Source of the DNA: Octopus bimaculoides
Lineage: Eukaryota
Reading direction: 5' to 3'
NCBI RefSeq assembly: GCF_001194135.2
Contig: NC_068984.1
Span: 52,372,701-52,434,417, forward strand
DNA length: 61,717 nucleotides
A program made the position numbers and the translations under genes. How positions within the stretch are numbered: position 1 is the first letter of the stretch; each line of letters opens with the position of its first letter. The notes under the pieces were generated by a model. The model did not search any database. It was given only the letters and a program-made list of their open reading frames with translations, and was not told the origin of the DNA. Below are positions 37,820-51,000 of this stretch, in pieces.

Positions 37820-39240
37820 GGCAAGGAACTTATCCACAACTGTTTGATGTTTATGGTGCATTATCTGTTTGTATAATTCAGAGTAGAAGCTGAGCTCAGT
37901 GTAATTTTTATGTTATGTTCACAATTAGTGTTCTTGCTAGCAAAAACTTACAACCTTTCCAGTATAAGTGCCACCCCTTTAGTAATATTCTTTGCAGTCA
38001 ATTTAAGTGGATTCAATTTAAGCTCCTTATTCTCATCTGTATCCTCAGCTTGTTCTAACAAACCCTTCGTCATTTGCAAGTGTCACTAATACCTTTCTGA
38101 TCATACATTTATCCTATATTTTTCTAAATTCAAAGTTGAAGGTTTTTTTGGTTTAATTTCTTCCAAAAATCTCTAACTGTAAATTTATCCTCCTTGTCAA
38201 TTGCTTTCATAGGTTGTTTTAAAGGTCTTCTCAGATAATATGTCTTGAAGTTAGCTTTCACACCTTGATCCATTGGATGGAACTAAGAAGTTGTATTCAT
38301 CATCATCATCATCATCGTCGTTTAACGTTCGCTTTCCATGCTAGCATGGGTTGGACGATTTGACTGAGGACTGGTGAAACCGGATGGCTACACCAGGCTC
38401 CAATCTGATTTGGCAGAGTTTCCACGGCTGGATGCCCTTCCTAACGCCAACCACTCAGAGAGTGTAGTGGGTGCTTTTACGTGTCACCCGCACGAAGGCC
38501 AGTCAGGCGGTACTGGCAACGGCCACGCTCAAAATGGTGTATTTTATGTGCCACCCGCACAAGAGCCAGTCCAGGGGCACTGGCAACGATCTCGCTCGAA
38601 AATCCTACGAAGGCCAGTCAGGTGGTACTGGCAACGGCCAAACGGCCACATTAGATATATATCCTACTCTTACATAATCAGAAAGCTCCTTTAAATTCAC
38701 TGGGTGACTTATACATTGTCTAAAAGGAACAATGCTTTGATGGAAATATTATGTCTGACACTTTATATTCCTACAGCAGATCACAAAATATTTGTAAAAC
38801 ACTCTTCAAAAATTCTCTTAGTTATCCATGCTTTATTTGAATGCCAAATCAAAGGTGAATTAAACTTCACATAACAGTTGAAAGACTTTGGGTTTTTGGA
38901 GTGATACTTAAGTAGGGGTTTCATTTTTATATTATCAGTGGTACTTCCTCTCAGAAGATGATTTTTGAAAGCTTTAAATCTTGATCTTCATTTTTCTTCC
39001 CAAAAGAATGGTTTTTTTCATTACAAATTTCCCTTTCTTTTTCCAGCAATTTTTCGTACAAACTTTTGGCTTATTCATAATTACCATTAAGCTTATCAGT
39101 ACAGTCATAAATACAAGAGTTACTCCATTTTGAGCATCATTTTAGATCTATGAAAGAATAAGGTCCAAGTGGTTAAAGAAGTAACTTAGTATACTTTCTA
39201 TTGTCATATATTGTTCTCACTGGAGACATTACAAAAGTGG
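37820..39240 (-). mobile_element. Tigger/pogo transposase fossil split by an RTE insertion
   Basis: KMKPLLKYHSKNPK, WHSNKAWIT, KALFLLDN..HPVNLKELSDYVRVGYIS [RTE] NTTS*FHPMDQGVKANFKTYYLRR...VRDFWK; matches TIGD1/Tigger1 motifs. Confidence 0.85.
38297..38650 (-). mobile_element. Young RTE LINE 3' end inserted in Tigger
   Basis: (CAT)n-CGTTTAACGTTCGCTTTCCATGCTAGCATGGG, near-identical to the 12832 and 29445 copies. Confidence 0.9.
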
Positions 39241-39490
39241 TCCCTTATGTTCATCTGCCAATCCTAATTGAGGGGCATATGCAGAGGTAAGTGTTGCTAT
39301 CATGTTTTCTAAAATTTGTCTAAGCTTAATTATCCTGTTGCACTCTGACTACCTTGATTACTTTACCCATTTCTCTGCCAAAAGTATGTCTACACTCTCC
39401 ACAGCATCACTGTTGCTTGCCCAGAAGAATTTATATCTTTTGTTCATTACCCATGAGAAGTCTGGCTGAGGTTCCCCTCTATCTTATCTC
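39240..39490 (-). pseudogene. RTE APE-endonuclease fragment
   Basis: ARLLMGNEQRYKFFWASNSDAVESVDILLAEKWV...RIIKLRQIL...LTSAYAPQLGLADEHK. Confidence 0.75.
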
Positions 39491-40594
39491 TTGTGCATGT
39501 ATGCACGCACATACACTTTTCTAGAATCACAGTTAGTGCATAATCGGGGAGAAAAAATAAGTAATGATGCATTGTTTTATGCACATTTTATTACTAAAAT
39601 GGCAAGAATGTGCTGAGGCTAGCAGGATGAATTCTGAGATCATTTAGAAAAGAGAGTCAACTGTACGAGTCATGCCAAACACAACACCTGCTATTGAGTT
39701 GAGAGAATGCCTCAAAGAAATCTATATTGGGAGAACTTTATCATTCTGCTAAAATGAGAGTTACACTTAATACAAATTCAGCAACAGGCCAGTTTGCAAA
39801 AGTTCTGCTTTAGGATGGGAGCGGAGTGGGGCAATGATCAGCTATCAGTTGACATTGAGAGTGAAAATGTCAAAAATACAATAAAAATATGAAACAATTG
39901 TCAATTTGTTTCAAGAAATGCTATTGAAAGGTTATCTCAGCCTCTCACAAAACTATAGAACCATAAGTAGTTTTCTGGACCTGCCATCCTATCTCCAAAA
40001 ATTCCCTCTGTGAAAACAACTACTGTCAACATCATTCAAAAGGTACCCACCCAAAGCAGATAGTACAACTGAGTTAACATTAACTATTCCCCTAACTATT
40101 CAACTGTTTCTCAGTTCTCTGCACTCTCCTCACAATCTGCAACTGAAAGCAGCAGCACCCATCACATTGCCATAAACTTTGACTGCACCAAAGCAATACA
40201 AATCTGTCAAAAATGTTTATGTCCCATATGATCAATTTCACTATTGTGACAAATTGTACCAAAAGAACAGATATTTTTATTACAAGTGTTCCCCTCATCT
40301 CCTTAGATATGTTATTCCAGTTCATACACTTTCAGTTTCCAATGATATTGCCATTTTCTGTGACCATCAAGAAGTCTAAAAGATAGTTTCTTAACATTGC
40401 TGGTGTTAAAAAGTTAAGTCATAGTCAATTCTGTGTTGCTCACATATTGGAACAAGCAGACATCTTCCCATGAGAACTCCAAATCACAGAACAAGAAATG
40501 TTATCAGTCCCAGAATTCTTTCTGAATAGGCCATATTTCTGTTAGAATTGCTTTTGTTTTATGTGTTGCGTATCAATTTAGAATTACAAGAACT

Positions 40595-40914
40595 CTTATC
40601 CTTTATCTTTTACTTGTTTCAGATGTTTGACTGTAGCCATGCTTGGGTACCAACTTGAAGAATTTTTAGTCTAATGAATCAACCCTAGCACTTATTTTAT
40701 TTTTTTAAGCCTGATATTTATTCTGTCAATATCTTTTACTGAACTGCTAAGTTACAGGGATGTAAACACACCAGCACCAGCTGCCAAGCAGTGGTGGAGG
40801 ACAAACACATACACACACACACACACACACACATGCACACACACATAATATATATATACATACACGTACACACACTCACACACAGATACACAAACATATG
40901 CACACACATATATA

Positions 40915-40945
<31 letters not shown>

Positions 40946-41150
40946 CATGCACGCACACACACATACACAAACACACACACGCACACACACACACGACGGG
41001 CTTTCTTCAGTTTCAAACTACCAAATCCACTCACGAGGCTTCGCTCAGCCCAAGGTTATAGTAGAAGACACTTGCCCAAGGTGCCACACAGTGGGACTGA
41101 ACTTAGAACCACGTGGTTGATAAGCAAACTTCTTACCACACAGCCACTAT
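40595..41150 (-). mobile_element. SINE family A with expanded internal microsatellite
   Basis: Tail at 40595, internal AC/AT tract 40808-40995, head ending CACACAGCCACT. Confidence 0.85.
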
Positions 41151-41414
41151 AAAGTATAAAAGTTAGTCTTTTCTGAAGTCACAAAATATAAAAATATCAA
41201 TAAATACAGTCTCAAACTCTTTACATTATAGACACCTGGAAGTATTTGACTTAGATGTGTATCTGATTTACAATAAAAAATATATGCAAATATAATTAGA
41301 TACTAAAAGTGTTACATAAAAACTTGTTATAAATTAAGTCATTTAAATTTAACTAAATATGTTTCTACATATTTGGCATCCAGGCAACACTGGGTACTTC
41401 TACTAGTTTATATA

Positions 41415-41598
41415 CAAGGAGATGCTGAAAAGTTCTTAGCTTTAAGGGTATTGCGAAAGGCCTGGTAGGAGACCCAACCTTCTGAGTTCTTTTACAGAAG
41501 GACTGCTGCAATGTGTGAATATGAAAGGGGAATCATTATTAACTGATCCTCCTGTATTTTCTTTTACCCAAAGCCAGAAACTTTCAGGCACCCCCTCG
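41415..41598. mobile_element. mariner-derived MITE
   Basis: TA-CAAGGAGATGCTGAAAAGTTCTTAGCTTT ... AAAGCCAGAAACTTTCAGGCACCCCCTCG; homologous to 14965-15260. Confidence 0.75.
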
Positions 41599-41643
41599 TT
41601 TGTGTATGTATGTGTGTATGTGTACACATGCATGCTTATGTAC

Positions 41644-41694
<51 letters not shown>

Positions 41695-42321
41695 TACACG
41701 CATATACATATATACTTGCATTCACATACACACACATAGATTCTCACATGCAGACACACACATTCTCTCTCTCTCTCTCTCATGCACATGCACACACACG
41801 CATACACACACACGCACTCGCACACACTCACATGCACACACAAACACACATAGCCCAAGACAGTGGTTATGATTCAGGAGTGATTTATCATTATTATGTA
41901 TATGAAGAGTAATATGAAATGAATCAGGAAAAGCATAAATATATGTTGATGAATTTTATCTAATATACAGTCTGCCAGACTGTCAGACACACATGCATAA
42001 ATGTGGTGCATAATATAACCGGACAGAGTGTTAATGTATATGATAGATGGAGTTCTAGTTTTTCTGAAAAAGAAAATGAGAAGTAAGGAGCCAGAGATTA
42101 AGGTTTTTAGTATACTCAAGTCTCTTACTCAATGAATACTATTGCACTGCAAGAATGAAGAATTGCTAAATTTACTTGTTTCTTTTATTCTCTTTTTTTT
42201 TATTATTATTTCCTCTTCTTTTGAAATATTGCCAGGTTTGAGAAGATTAATAGTGTACGTAGAATGTAAACTTTGATAAGCATAAAATGGGTTACACTAG
42301 AAGGAAAAATTTATTTCTTAG

Positions 42322-42342
42322 AGAACTGAGTGTTGAAAATAG
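42322..42342 (+). other. Candidate 21-nt microexon
   Basis: TTTATTTCTTAG|AGAACTGAGTGTTGAAAATAG|GTAAGT; open only in phase 2 (ELSVEN). Confidence 0.25.
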
Positions 42343-42938
42343 GTAAGTGGAATGGGCAGTACAAATGTAAATGCTACAGCCAAACAACCTCACATCCACA
42401 GAGAATTTAATTTCAAACATGACAAACATATTGGCTTCAAGCTGCGTTATGGATCTTTAATAAGATTGTGGGCTACATATATTCCAAATTGAGAATTTTC
42501 TATGTATGTGCATAATAGTACGTAGTTGACTGTGTTTAATAATACTAGAGACATATATGTGATTCTTTACTAATGCATTGCTATATATGTATGTGCATAA
42601 ATATAGCCAAAACTCTTTTTAGATATTCAACATGATACTGTCTGCACATTGAATATGCACAAGTATTAGATTAGAATCATTAGAATATACACTGCTTTTT
42701 GGCATGCAGCCTCTTAGATTTAATCTAGTAATAAAACCTTTTAAGATCCTTAAGTTTTAATATAAAATCAAGAAAGAATGTAGTGCTTTACTTATAACCT
42801 TATTATTTTAGTTCCTGATGCTTCATCTAAGTGTTGGTTCCTCAATGGAACTTGTTATAATATCTAATGTGTAATGCGTAAGATCAGACGATAAGTTATT
42901 TAATCCTTTTAGAAGTTACCTTTATTACATTTAGTCAG

Positions 42939-42965
42939 GAAATGAGGTGCCTATTCTGAAGTCTG
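42939..42965 (+). other. Candidate 27-nt microexon
   Basis: TTTATTACATTTAGTCAG|GAAATGAGGTGCCTATTCTGAAGTCTG|GTGAGT; phase 1-1 (NEVPILKS). An alternative AG lies 4 nt upstream. Confidence 0.3.
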
Positions 42966-44404
42966 GTGAGTAAAAATATATTAAATGTTTGAGCTGTTGT
43001 GATAACATATTAACCTTGATTAAGTCTTACATGACTCTCTAATGCCTTTTAATGCATGTTTTAAAATTTCATGACTAAAAAAATATTGGTTTAAAATTTG
43101 AGATGTATATCAAAGTGTGAGTGTTTATTTACTGGAAACCACTTGAACCAATGACAGATGTCCGTACATTATTCATTATTACTTGACCTGCTTGAAATAG
43201 CAATCAAATCTCCCTTAAATTTACCCCCTTGCTACAATTAAAAAAGGGAAGGCATATTAGATGATGTACTCCTAAATACTCTTAAAAATGATGAGGATTT
43301 CCATGAGTGTAATGCTTTCAGGTACAGGTTTGCTCACTCAAAGCTGACATGGTGTTAAATAGCAACAACTTGAGATTCCTTAGAAATTTCTCAGCAACAG
43401 AAGCTCTTATACTTGTGAACTCAACTATCAAGAAATAGAACACTATGTCTGTATATGACACAGTATAAATTATGTAATATCAAACTTCTCTCATAGAGAT
43501 TCAGCTGTGCCAGACTTATAGCCCTCAGACATACTCTCTGGTGTCTTTGTAATTTATTTTGGACACATACTTAGTCTGTTATGAGATGGAAACTATTACG
43601 TGGCTTACATAAATGCAAAGGTCAATTTGGTAGACATATGAAAAATATGAGAGGTTACAGTTAAAGATTTATATAATATTTGAAATTATCAAGAGGGTAG
43701 TATAGAAATTCATTAATTTAGCAAAAAATATTCCCTTGAGTTAGGAAGTAAAAAGCTCTTTGAATCAATTTTTTTTTTAGTTTTTAAGAATACTATTCCC
43801 AAGACATGTTTTTTAATTAATTTTTGACATTTTAACACAACTTTTTCGTATGATTTATGTATATAAAATGAAGTCTAATAATAATTATTAATGCATAATA
43901 TATTAATTACCAACACATTTTTTTTATTTGTTTAATTTCAAAGAAGATGCCGAGTCTGTGGCCTTCACAATACCTCTGAAACTGCTGAGATCAATGCCAT
44001 TAATGTTCCTCTTTAATGGTTGCAAATAAAAAATTAGATAGCAGAAGGCAGATCTTAAAAGAAGTATTCAGTGTAATTTTTTTTTTTAATGGCTTAATCA
44101 AAGGCAGAAGGACAGACATGATGCTTTTCTCTGGATTTTTAATAGTGGCAAAAGAAAAAAAGAAGAAACCATGATTCATTGGTTATTGTAGAAAAAAGCA
44201 GCACGGCATGATAAGGAATTGTTCTTTGACCAAAGATCTAAGTTGAGTGCCAATGTGTTATTCTGCTAAAAGCACTCAAATACCATATAGTATTAAATCA
44301 GAGAATGAATTAGATCTACCATTTATTTGGGTATGAGACACTGTGGCATAGCCGTTTTGGTGTCGCTCATTCAATGCTGAGTTATTTGACATCAAACATT
44401 TTAA

Positions 44405-44407
<3 letters not shown>

Positions 44408-44447
<40 letters not shown>

Positions 44448-44473
44448 CTCGCTCTCTCTCTCTCTCGCTCTCG

Positions 44474-44510
<37 letters not shown>
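44408..44510. repeat. (CT)n with CTCGCT interruptions
   Basis: Directly visible. Confidence 0.95.
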
Positions 44511-44514
<4 letters not shown>

Positions 44515-44629
44515 TCTGTGTGTCTGTGTTTCCGATGCTAAAATGTGCTGTTGCCTAAATAATTTGAATGTCCAGTTAGCCATTCCCAATCATCACATTC
44601 TGCACCTACTTATACACAAGGGAGGCTGT

Positions 44630-44900
44630 TGCATCAATGAGGAAGCTGAGGTTTCAGTGGCTCTCATATGATGTACCACAGTCTACTGGTACACTGTGGA
44701 GATGAGGTAAACTGGGAGGAAAGGGTCAGTGATGTCAATGACTGAGGGGACCTACCAGAAGAGGAAGAGTGAGGCAAGTCACATGGGTGGAAGTTGGACC
44801 AATGTGGGCCTCCTAACTTCAGGGCTGTCATAACAGATGAACAGATGGGTGTGGATGTACGAGCTAGAGAGGGGATTTGTCGTTATGTTCTAGCGATAGG
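44630..44900 (+). mobile_element. Old RTE C-terminal fragment
   Basis: RGPTRRGRVRQVTWVEV resembles GTxRRGRPRKTWxEV. Confidence 0.4.
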
Positions 44901-47242
44901 TTAGGTGGGTAGGGCACTTTACACTATGAAGGATATTTAGGTGTAATGTGGGTCTTTAAAAATACTATAATTGATTATCCACTTCCTCCAGTTTTTGTGA
45001 CCTTATGCCTACATAAGAAATTAATATAATTTGCAATTTAGGAATGGGTTGGTGACAGAGAAGGCATCCAGTCATAGAATACTGCCTCTAATTTGTCTTG
45101 TGTCCAACTAATGCTAGCATAAGAAAAATGTGGATGTAAAGAAGAAGGAGGACGAGGAGGAGATGATGATGATGACATATTTTTAGAATTAAAGGTTTTT
45201 TTTTAGTTTTCCTCAGTAAAGATGCATCCTTAAAGATATTTATACACTTTCAATTCACACCAAATTATAAATATTCCCCCACCTCTGATCTACATGATTA
45301 CTCTGATAACAACTCACCATATCATAAAAAAGGGAAGGACACATTGACATATTTTATCTGTAAACAATAAGACAGGATCGTCAAGACTGGGATGTCCTGT
45401 TTTTGACTGTAGTTGATCAACATTTGAACAACAACAACAACATTAGCTAGCCTAATATCTTATGTTATCGAAATTAATTGCTTTGCTGTGTAGGAATTCA
45501 TGGTTAAAAACCTAAGTTTAATGGAAAAAATTATTGGTAACTGAGCAATCATAATTTCGATTTTTATTGAAATCATTGTCAAATTTAATAATGCTCTGAG
45601 TAGCAAGCAGGTAAAATCGGTAGAGCATCAGAAAAATGGTATTTGTTCCTTCTCTTTACTTTCTGAATTCAAATCCCACCAAGGTCAACTTTACAGTTCA
45701 TCCCACCCCTCTGCAGCTAATAAAATATACAAGTCAAATACTGGGACAAATGGTATCAAGTAATCTCCTCCTCTAGAAACTGCTGGCTTGGTGCTTCTGA
45801 TGGACAATGTCTTGTCTAACCCTTTAGCATTTGCATTATTATGTCAAAAGTAATGCTTCTTTATTCACATTGTTTTGAATTAATCATGCATTATCTTGTA
45901 GCGATGATATTTTGATAAGGTACCTATTAATTTTTAGAATGATATTGTAGGGTTGGTGTGAGAAGCCAGAACTGGTCTATTTGAACATAAAACAGGCAGA
46001 ACATTTTGGCTGGATATTGCCAGTTTAAATGCTAAATGGTTAAGGTATTGTTTATGTAGTTGTCATCCTATGTTTCTAATCAAACCTAAACACATAGGAT
46101 TCCTTTGAGGAATCCATATAGTTGTAAACTACAAAATAAATTAATATATTTTCATATATCTCATTCCTATAAAGAATGCATAATAGTTGTAAACTACAAA
46201 ATAGATAAGTATGTTTTCATACATAACATTTACTCACTCAGTTATTAATATAATATCAGTTATATATATATAATTACTTCAGAAAGTGGCAAGTGGAAAT
46301 ACCATTAATGGGAAGAAAGTGTTTGTATAAAGTGCGATATTTGATAAAGTAATGCAACATGGGATTGTTTCTGTCATTTTACTGAACCCGGTGTTTCTAT
46401 TAAGATAAGTATGATATTTAATAAAGTAATGCAGTAGGGAATATTTCAACTGCCATTTTATTGAACCCACTATTTATATTAAGTATGTTATTTGGTAATG
46501 TTAAGCTATATGAACTCTTTTTAACTGCCATTTCTCGGAACCATGGAAATTTTATTTTGTAACTTTTTTGTTTTTCCTTATTTGTTGTATCATTTAACTG
46601 AACTTTTTTTAATGCATTATTTCAGTTACATGAAAGATTTCTAACAAACCTTGTGATTGCTTCAAAATTTCTGCATATAACAATATTGTCCAGCAGAATC
46701 ATTTGAGCATTGGGAAAATGCCTTCCAATATTTGTTCCAGTTCTTTTTATGTTCTTAGATTAAACCTTGTTGAAGTCAGATTTGTCTTTCATCCCTCTAA
46801 GGTTGATAAAATAAAGTAGCAGTCAATGGTCTGAAGTTGATGTAACCAACTTACTTCCCTCAAAACTGCTGGCCTTGCGCCTACAATAGAAACACTTACT
46901 GTTAACACTCTTATCTTAATAAAATATAACCATTACAGTTCAGAGTATCAAAATCTATAGAATATCCAACAGTCTGAGCCAAACAACGCTAAAAAATCCC
47001 TAGCAAATATATTATAGACTTTGTTATTTTGACATATGTTATAGACTTTATTATTTTGACAAATATGTTATAGACTTTATATTTTAACATAGTTGACTTC
47101 TTGCTTTAGCACAAGGTTAGTTTTGTCACTGTCTTAGTGCTGATAAGCTATATGATGAAGGTTGGGATATATTTGAGAAAGGATATGGTTGTATTGATGT
47201 TGATTATTGTTAGATCAGCCTTGATTCAGTTGGCCAATGCTC

Positions 47243-47430
47243 AGCTATATATGTATAACTGAGAATGTATCTGTCTGTCTGTGTGCATCACTAAAACTGA
47301 AGAACTACCCAACCAATTTCATTCAAATTTTACACATGCCTTACTTAGGGTCCACTGCAGTGTCATGGGCCAAAAAAATGTTCAACTTCTTGCTTAATGC
47401 AAGTCCAGAGCAATCTCTTAGCTCTTACAC
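47243..47430 (+). mobile_element. Non-autonomous Helitron/Helentron-like element, degenerate
   Basis: Starts CTATATATGTATAACTGAGAATGTATCTGTCTGTCTGTGTG, typical of HINE/DINE-like 5' ends with CTGT repeats; 3' hairpin poorly preserved. Confidence 0.4.
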
Positions 47431-47605
47431 TGTTTCCATATTACATGTCAAAAGTGAAACAATAATGTCTCCATTAATACTTTCACTATTATATGGTTTC
47501 AATTTCATTTACTTTCATTATGTATTTATATATATATTAGTTTCATTTTATTACTTTCAGTATGTATTTATATACATGTTTGTATATGTATGTACATATA
47601 TATAT

Positions 47606-47900
47606 ATCATGAAGTACATTTGCCACCTAAATGTGGCTGACCCATATGGGACGATGCTACTGTAGTTTATAGGCCCAGAAAGACATCTCCTCCAGCTGGC
47701 TAATGACACACTGTCTGTGCCTGATCAGTATTTGTGAAGGGAAATCATCATTCCCATCTCTAGCCTGACGTGGTACACATGGACCCTGGTTTCTGACCCA
47801 TCATCAGCGTGTGACAATCACCAACTAGGGATTGATTCTATATTATGATCACGTGGATCGAACATAAACAGGACAGCACAGGACATTACAAAACATAAAG
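47606..47900 (-). mobile_element. Non-coding repeat with hammerhead-like motif (putative Penelope pLTR/retrozyme-like)
   Basis: 47606-47728 is homologous to 53084-53246; abuts (AT)n; contains the hammerhead motif at 47776-47813. Confidence 0.5.
47776..47813 (-). ncRNA. Putative minimal type I hammerhead ribozyme
   Basis: CACACG-CUGAUGA-UGGGUCA-GAAA-CCAGGG-UC|CAUGUG: both core boxes intact, GUC triplet, helix I 5/6 paired, 2-bp helix II, short near-palindromic helix III. Confidence 0.6.
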
Positions 47901-48079
47901 ATTATGAGTTTGTTTGCAATAAGCAAATGATGTATTTACAATGAATGTATTTACAATTTTAACGAAAAAATTTTTTATGTTTTGGCCAGAGAGTCCACTG
48001 GTTACACCATACGGATTTACTATGTATTTAAGCAGGGTCTCTCACACCCAACTTTCTCACCACATCTTTCCATCTTTTC

Positions 48080-51000
48080 TCATATATGCTTTGTGATAGA
48101 CATCCTCTCTCCAGCCCTATCTTGCTCTTCAGATGATATCTGAAGTAGTAGAGCAAACCAGGGCCAGAAATAAAGGTTCATATCATGACTCCTTTCATCT
48201 TCGTCTTCCATATACACTCTTTCAGAACCACAACTGTGCATAACAAACTGACCACCCCTTCCTTTGGTAGTCCAGGTGGTGGACATACATTCAGCTGATA
48301 GCTGTATTCTTCCTAAATGTGACAGCACATGTTCCGTGTAAACTATCAGGCCTGAAATCTCCAGACAGTGAACAAGGGCATGCGGGACAGTTTCCTCATC
48401 CCACCCGCACTTTGGGCAAGCCGGTAGTACTGACATGCCATGTCTGGACAGTTCATCATGAACAGATAAAGTGTTCCTATAGGACTAGCAGGTCAAGGAT
48501 GTTTGGTAGTTATCCAGGTAACCCAACCCGAAAGTTCTTTTAAACAGGTTGGCTAGCTGGTCCTCATCGAGTCCTAGAACTTCTCCCAGGACATCATCCC
48601 TCTTAGACTCTACCAGCCCACTATAGAGTACCGAGGTGGTATTCTCACTGCTGGCCTTGCTCGCCTTGTGGATTAGCATGAGTGCCTGTCAGCACTCTTT
48701 TTGCCAGTCAGTCAGATTGCGTCTTTTCACGAAACAGGGTTTAAATTCCAGTCACAGAAAGAACATTTCTGCCAGCAAATTCCATACCTGGTCACCTTCC
48801 AGGTAGAGTGAGAGATGCCCCAGCTTTAGCACATGTCTGTGCATGATTAGCCATGGCATCTCTAGCCCACTCTTTAGTGGGTTTTGGCAGCAAACAGAGT
48901 GCCGCACAAGCAGTTTTCCTCCCTTCCACAAAAAGTGAAAGAAGAGGCTTCCAACTTGGTTAGCCATGAATCAGAGCAAAGGACAACGATCAGACGGTAG
49001 GTGGTAACAGATGCGATATACACCTGCACCACCTCCGCCCTCCCTTTCAGGGATAGCGCCCTTCTGGACCAGGTCCAGACTAGAGCCTCCACCCTGCCTG
49101 CCACTTCACTCCAATTCTTCTCTGTTTGGAAGTCCAGTCTAAACCAGACTCCAAGCAACTTAACAGGACCTTCTGTCCAATGTCGTGGGACACTGGACAG
49201 TATCGTCTTGCCACTCCAGGTACTGAGCCACAAGCCGACGGACATGTCCTTGTTAATTTTTGCCCCTGCCACCACCTTGTAACCTTTGATTGCCTCCTCT
49301 ACATGAGGTAGCTGAGTCTCATAAGTTATGGTGATGGTGACGTCATCCATGTAAACAGAAACACACTTACCACATCCCAATTCATTGGGCATGCCCCCAC
49401 CCCAAATTCTCCAACTTGTGCAGCAATAGCTCCAGAGCTAGTACATACAGAAGTGGAGAGAGGGGACACCCCTGACAAATGGAGCACTTGATCTTAAACA
49501 GCACTGACAGGTAACCATTTATCTGAACCGTAGATTTGATGTCACCATAAATGGTGGTGACCCAGCCATGGAAGTCTGGGCCCAGCCCAGCCTAGCCGCC
49601 TTGAGGACCACCACTAGATACTGGTGGTCTACCCTGTCAAATGCTTTACTTTGGTCTAAATGGACCAGTGCCCCACCTTTACCAGATAACTTACCCACCC
49701 TGTCTAAGGTGTAGCACAGGAGATGGAGATTGTCCTGGATCAACCTGCTTGGAATGGTGCATGTCTGCACCTTCCTGACAAATTTCTCCGTGACATGCAC
49801 CAACCTCTTAGCTAGCACTTAAAACCTTTAACTCTACATTAAGTAGAGTTATGGGCCTAAAATTACTGATATGGTCCCCATTGCTCGGGTCTTTTCTGAT
49901 CAGCGTCACCACTCCCCAACTCACAGAGCTGGGAATCCTCCCATTCTGCTGCCAGTTGGTGTAGACGCAGGCCAGCAAGTGCACGAACAAGTCCAGCATA
50001 CAACAATAAAATTCATAGGATAGACCGTCCAGCCCCGGCGACTTGTCCCCGGCGCACTCAGGCAGTACCTCTTCCACCTCTGCAGCCGTAATCGGCCCTT
50101 CACAGCATTTCACCTCTCGTGCCAAGAGTCTCAGTCCACTAGTGAAGAAGTCCCTTAGGAGCTGCTCACAGTCCAGTTGGTCACTCCTGTCGAACAGCTG
50201 GGCAAAATGCTGGTGAAAAGCCTTTCTCATCTCCTCCTGTCCTTCTATTGAACGCCCCTCTTCATCTGTTAAAGACTTAATAGAGGCTTTTCTACCTCTC
50301 TGACTCTCCACATGATGTACCCATCCAGCAACATTAATACCTTCCCTTTGCACCACACAAAGTTTAGCTCTGACCCTACATCCTTCGTGTTTGGCTTTGA
50401 GATGACGGTACAAAACCTCTCTCACCGCCAACATTCTAGATGCAGAGCCAGACGTCATGGCCTCGTCTCATTCCTTAGTTAACATCCCTTCTATCCTAGT
50501 TTTATCTAGACTTAACTGCTTGCTAAATCTGATTGACTTGGAATGAATGACTCATTTGAGGGTGCACCACCACCTATTATTGATAATGGCACCTGTTAAT
50601 GCCCTCCGCACTAACTCCTTAACCTGAGCACAGAAGATTTTACAAGTCAAAATAGACTTGTTCATGTTCCAGTATCCAGGTCCCTGTCTATGACACTTAC
50701 CTAGGTACACCCTGCACGTCACGAACTTGTGATTCATGTAGGAGACACAACAGAAGTGTGGACAACTAGCAGCATGCCTATCTCTATCTCTAACAATAAT
50801 CCTATCTAAGTAAGATCTGTATGAACTGTCGTTATTAGACCATGTCCACTGTGGAACAAGTGGCTCATCCGGTCTGTACTGGTCCACTAGATTATAGCTC
50901 TCTAGCAGCCTTTTGAGGTCAGGATTTCCCCTTCTATCTGCCAAGCCAACATTATCCACCCTTGCATTGAGAATAGTGTTAAAGTTTCCTAGTACAACTA

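Noticed and set aside
39281-39292. Strong donor GAG|GTAAGT
   Set aside because: It lies antisense inside an RTE endonuclease fragment, and no open upstream exon was found.
39960-40560. Faint RT-like motifs (IAINFDCTKA, SVSNDIAIFC) on the plus strand; similar faint LINE-like signal at 4130-5000
   Set aside because: Too degenerate to call without a profile search.
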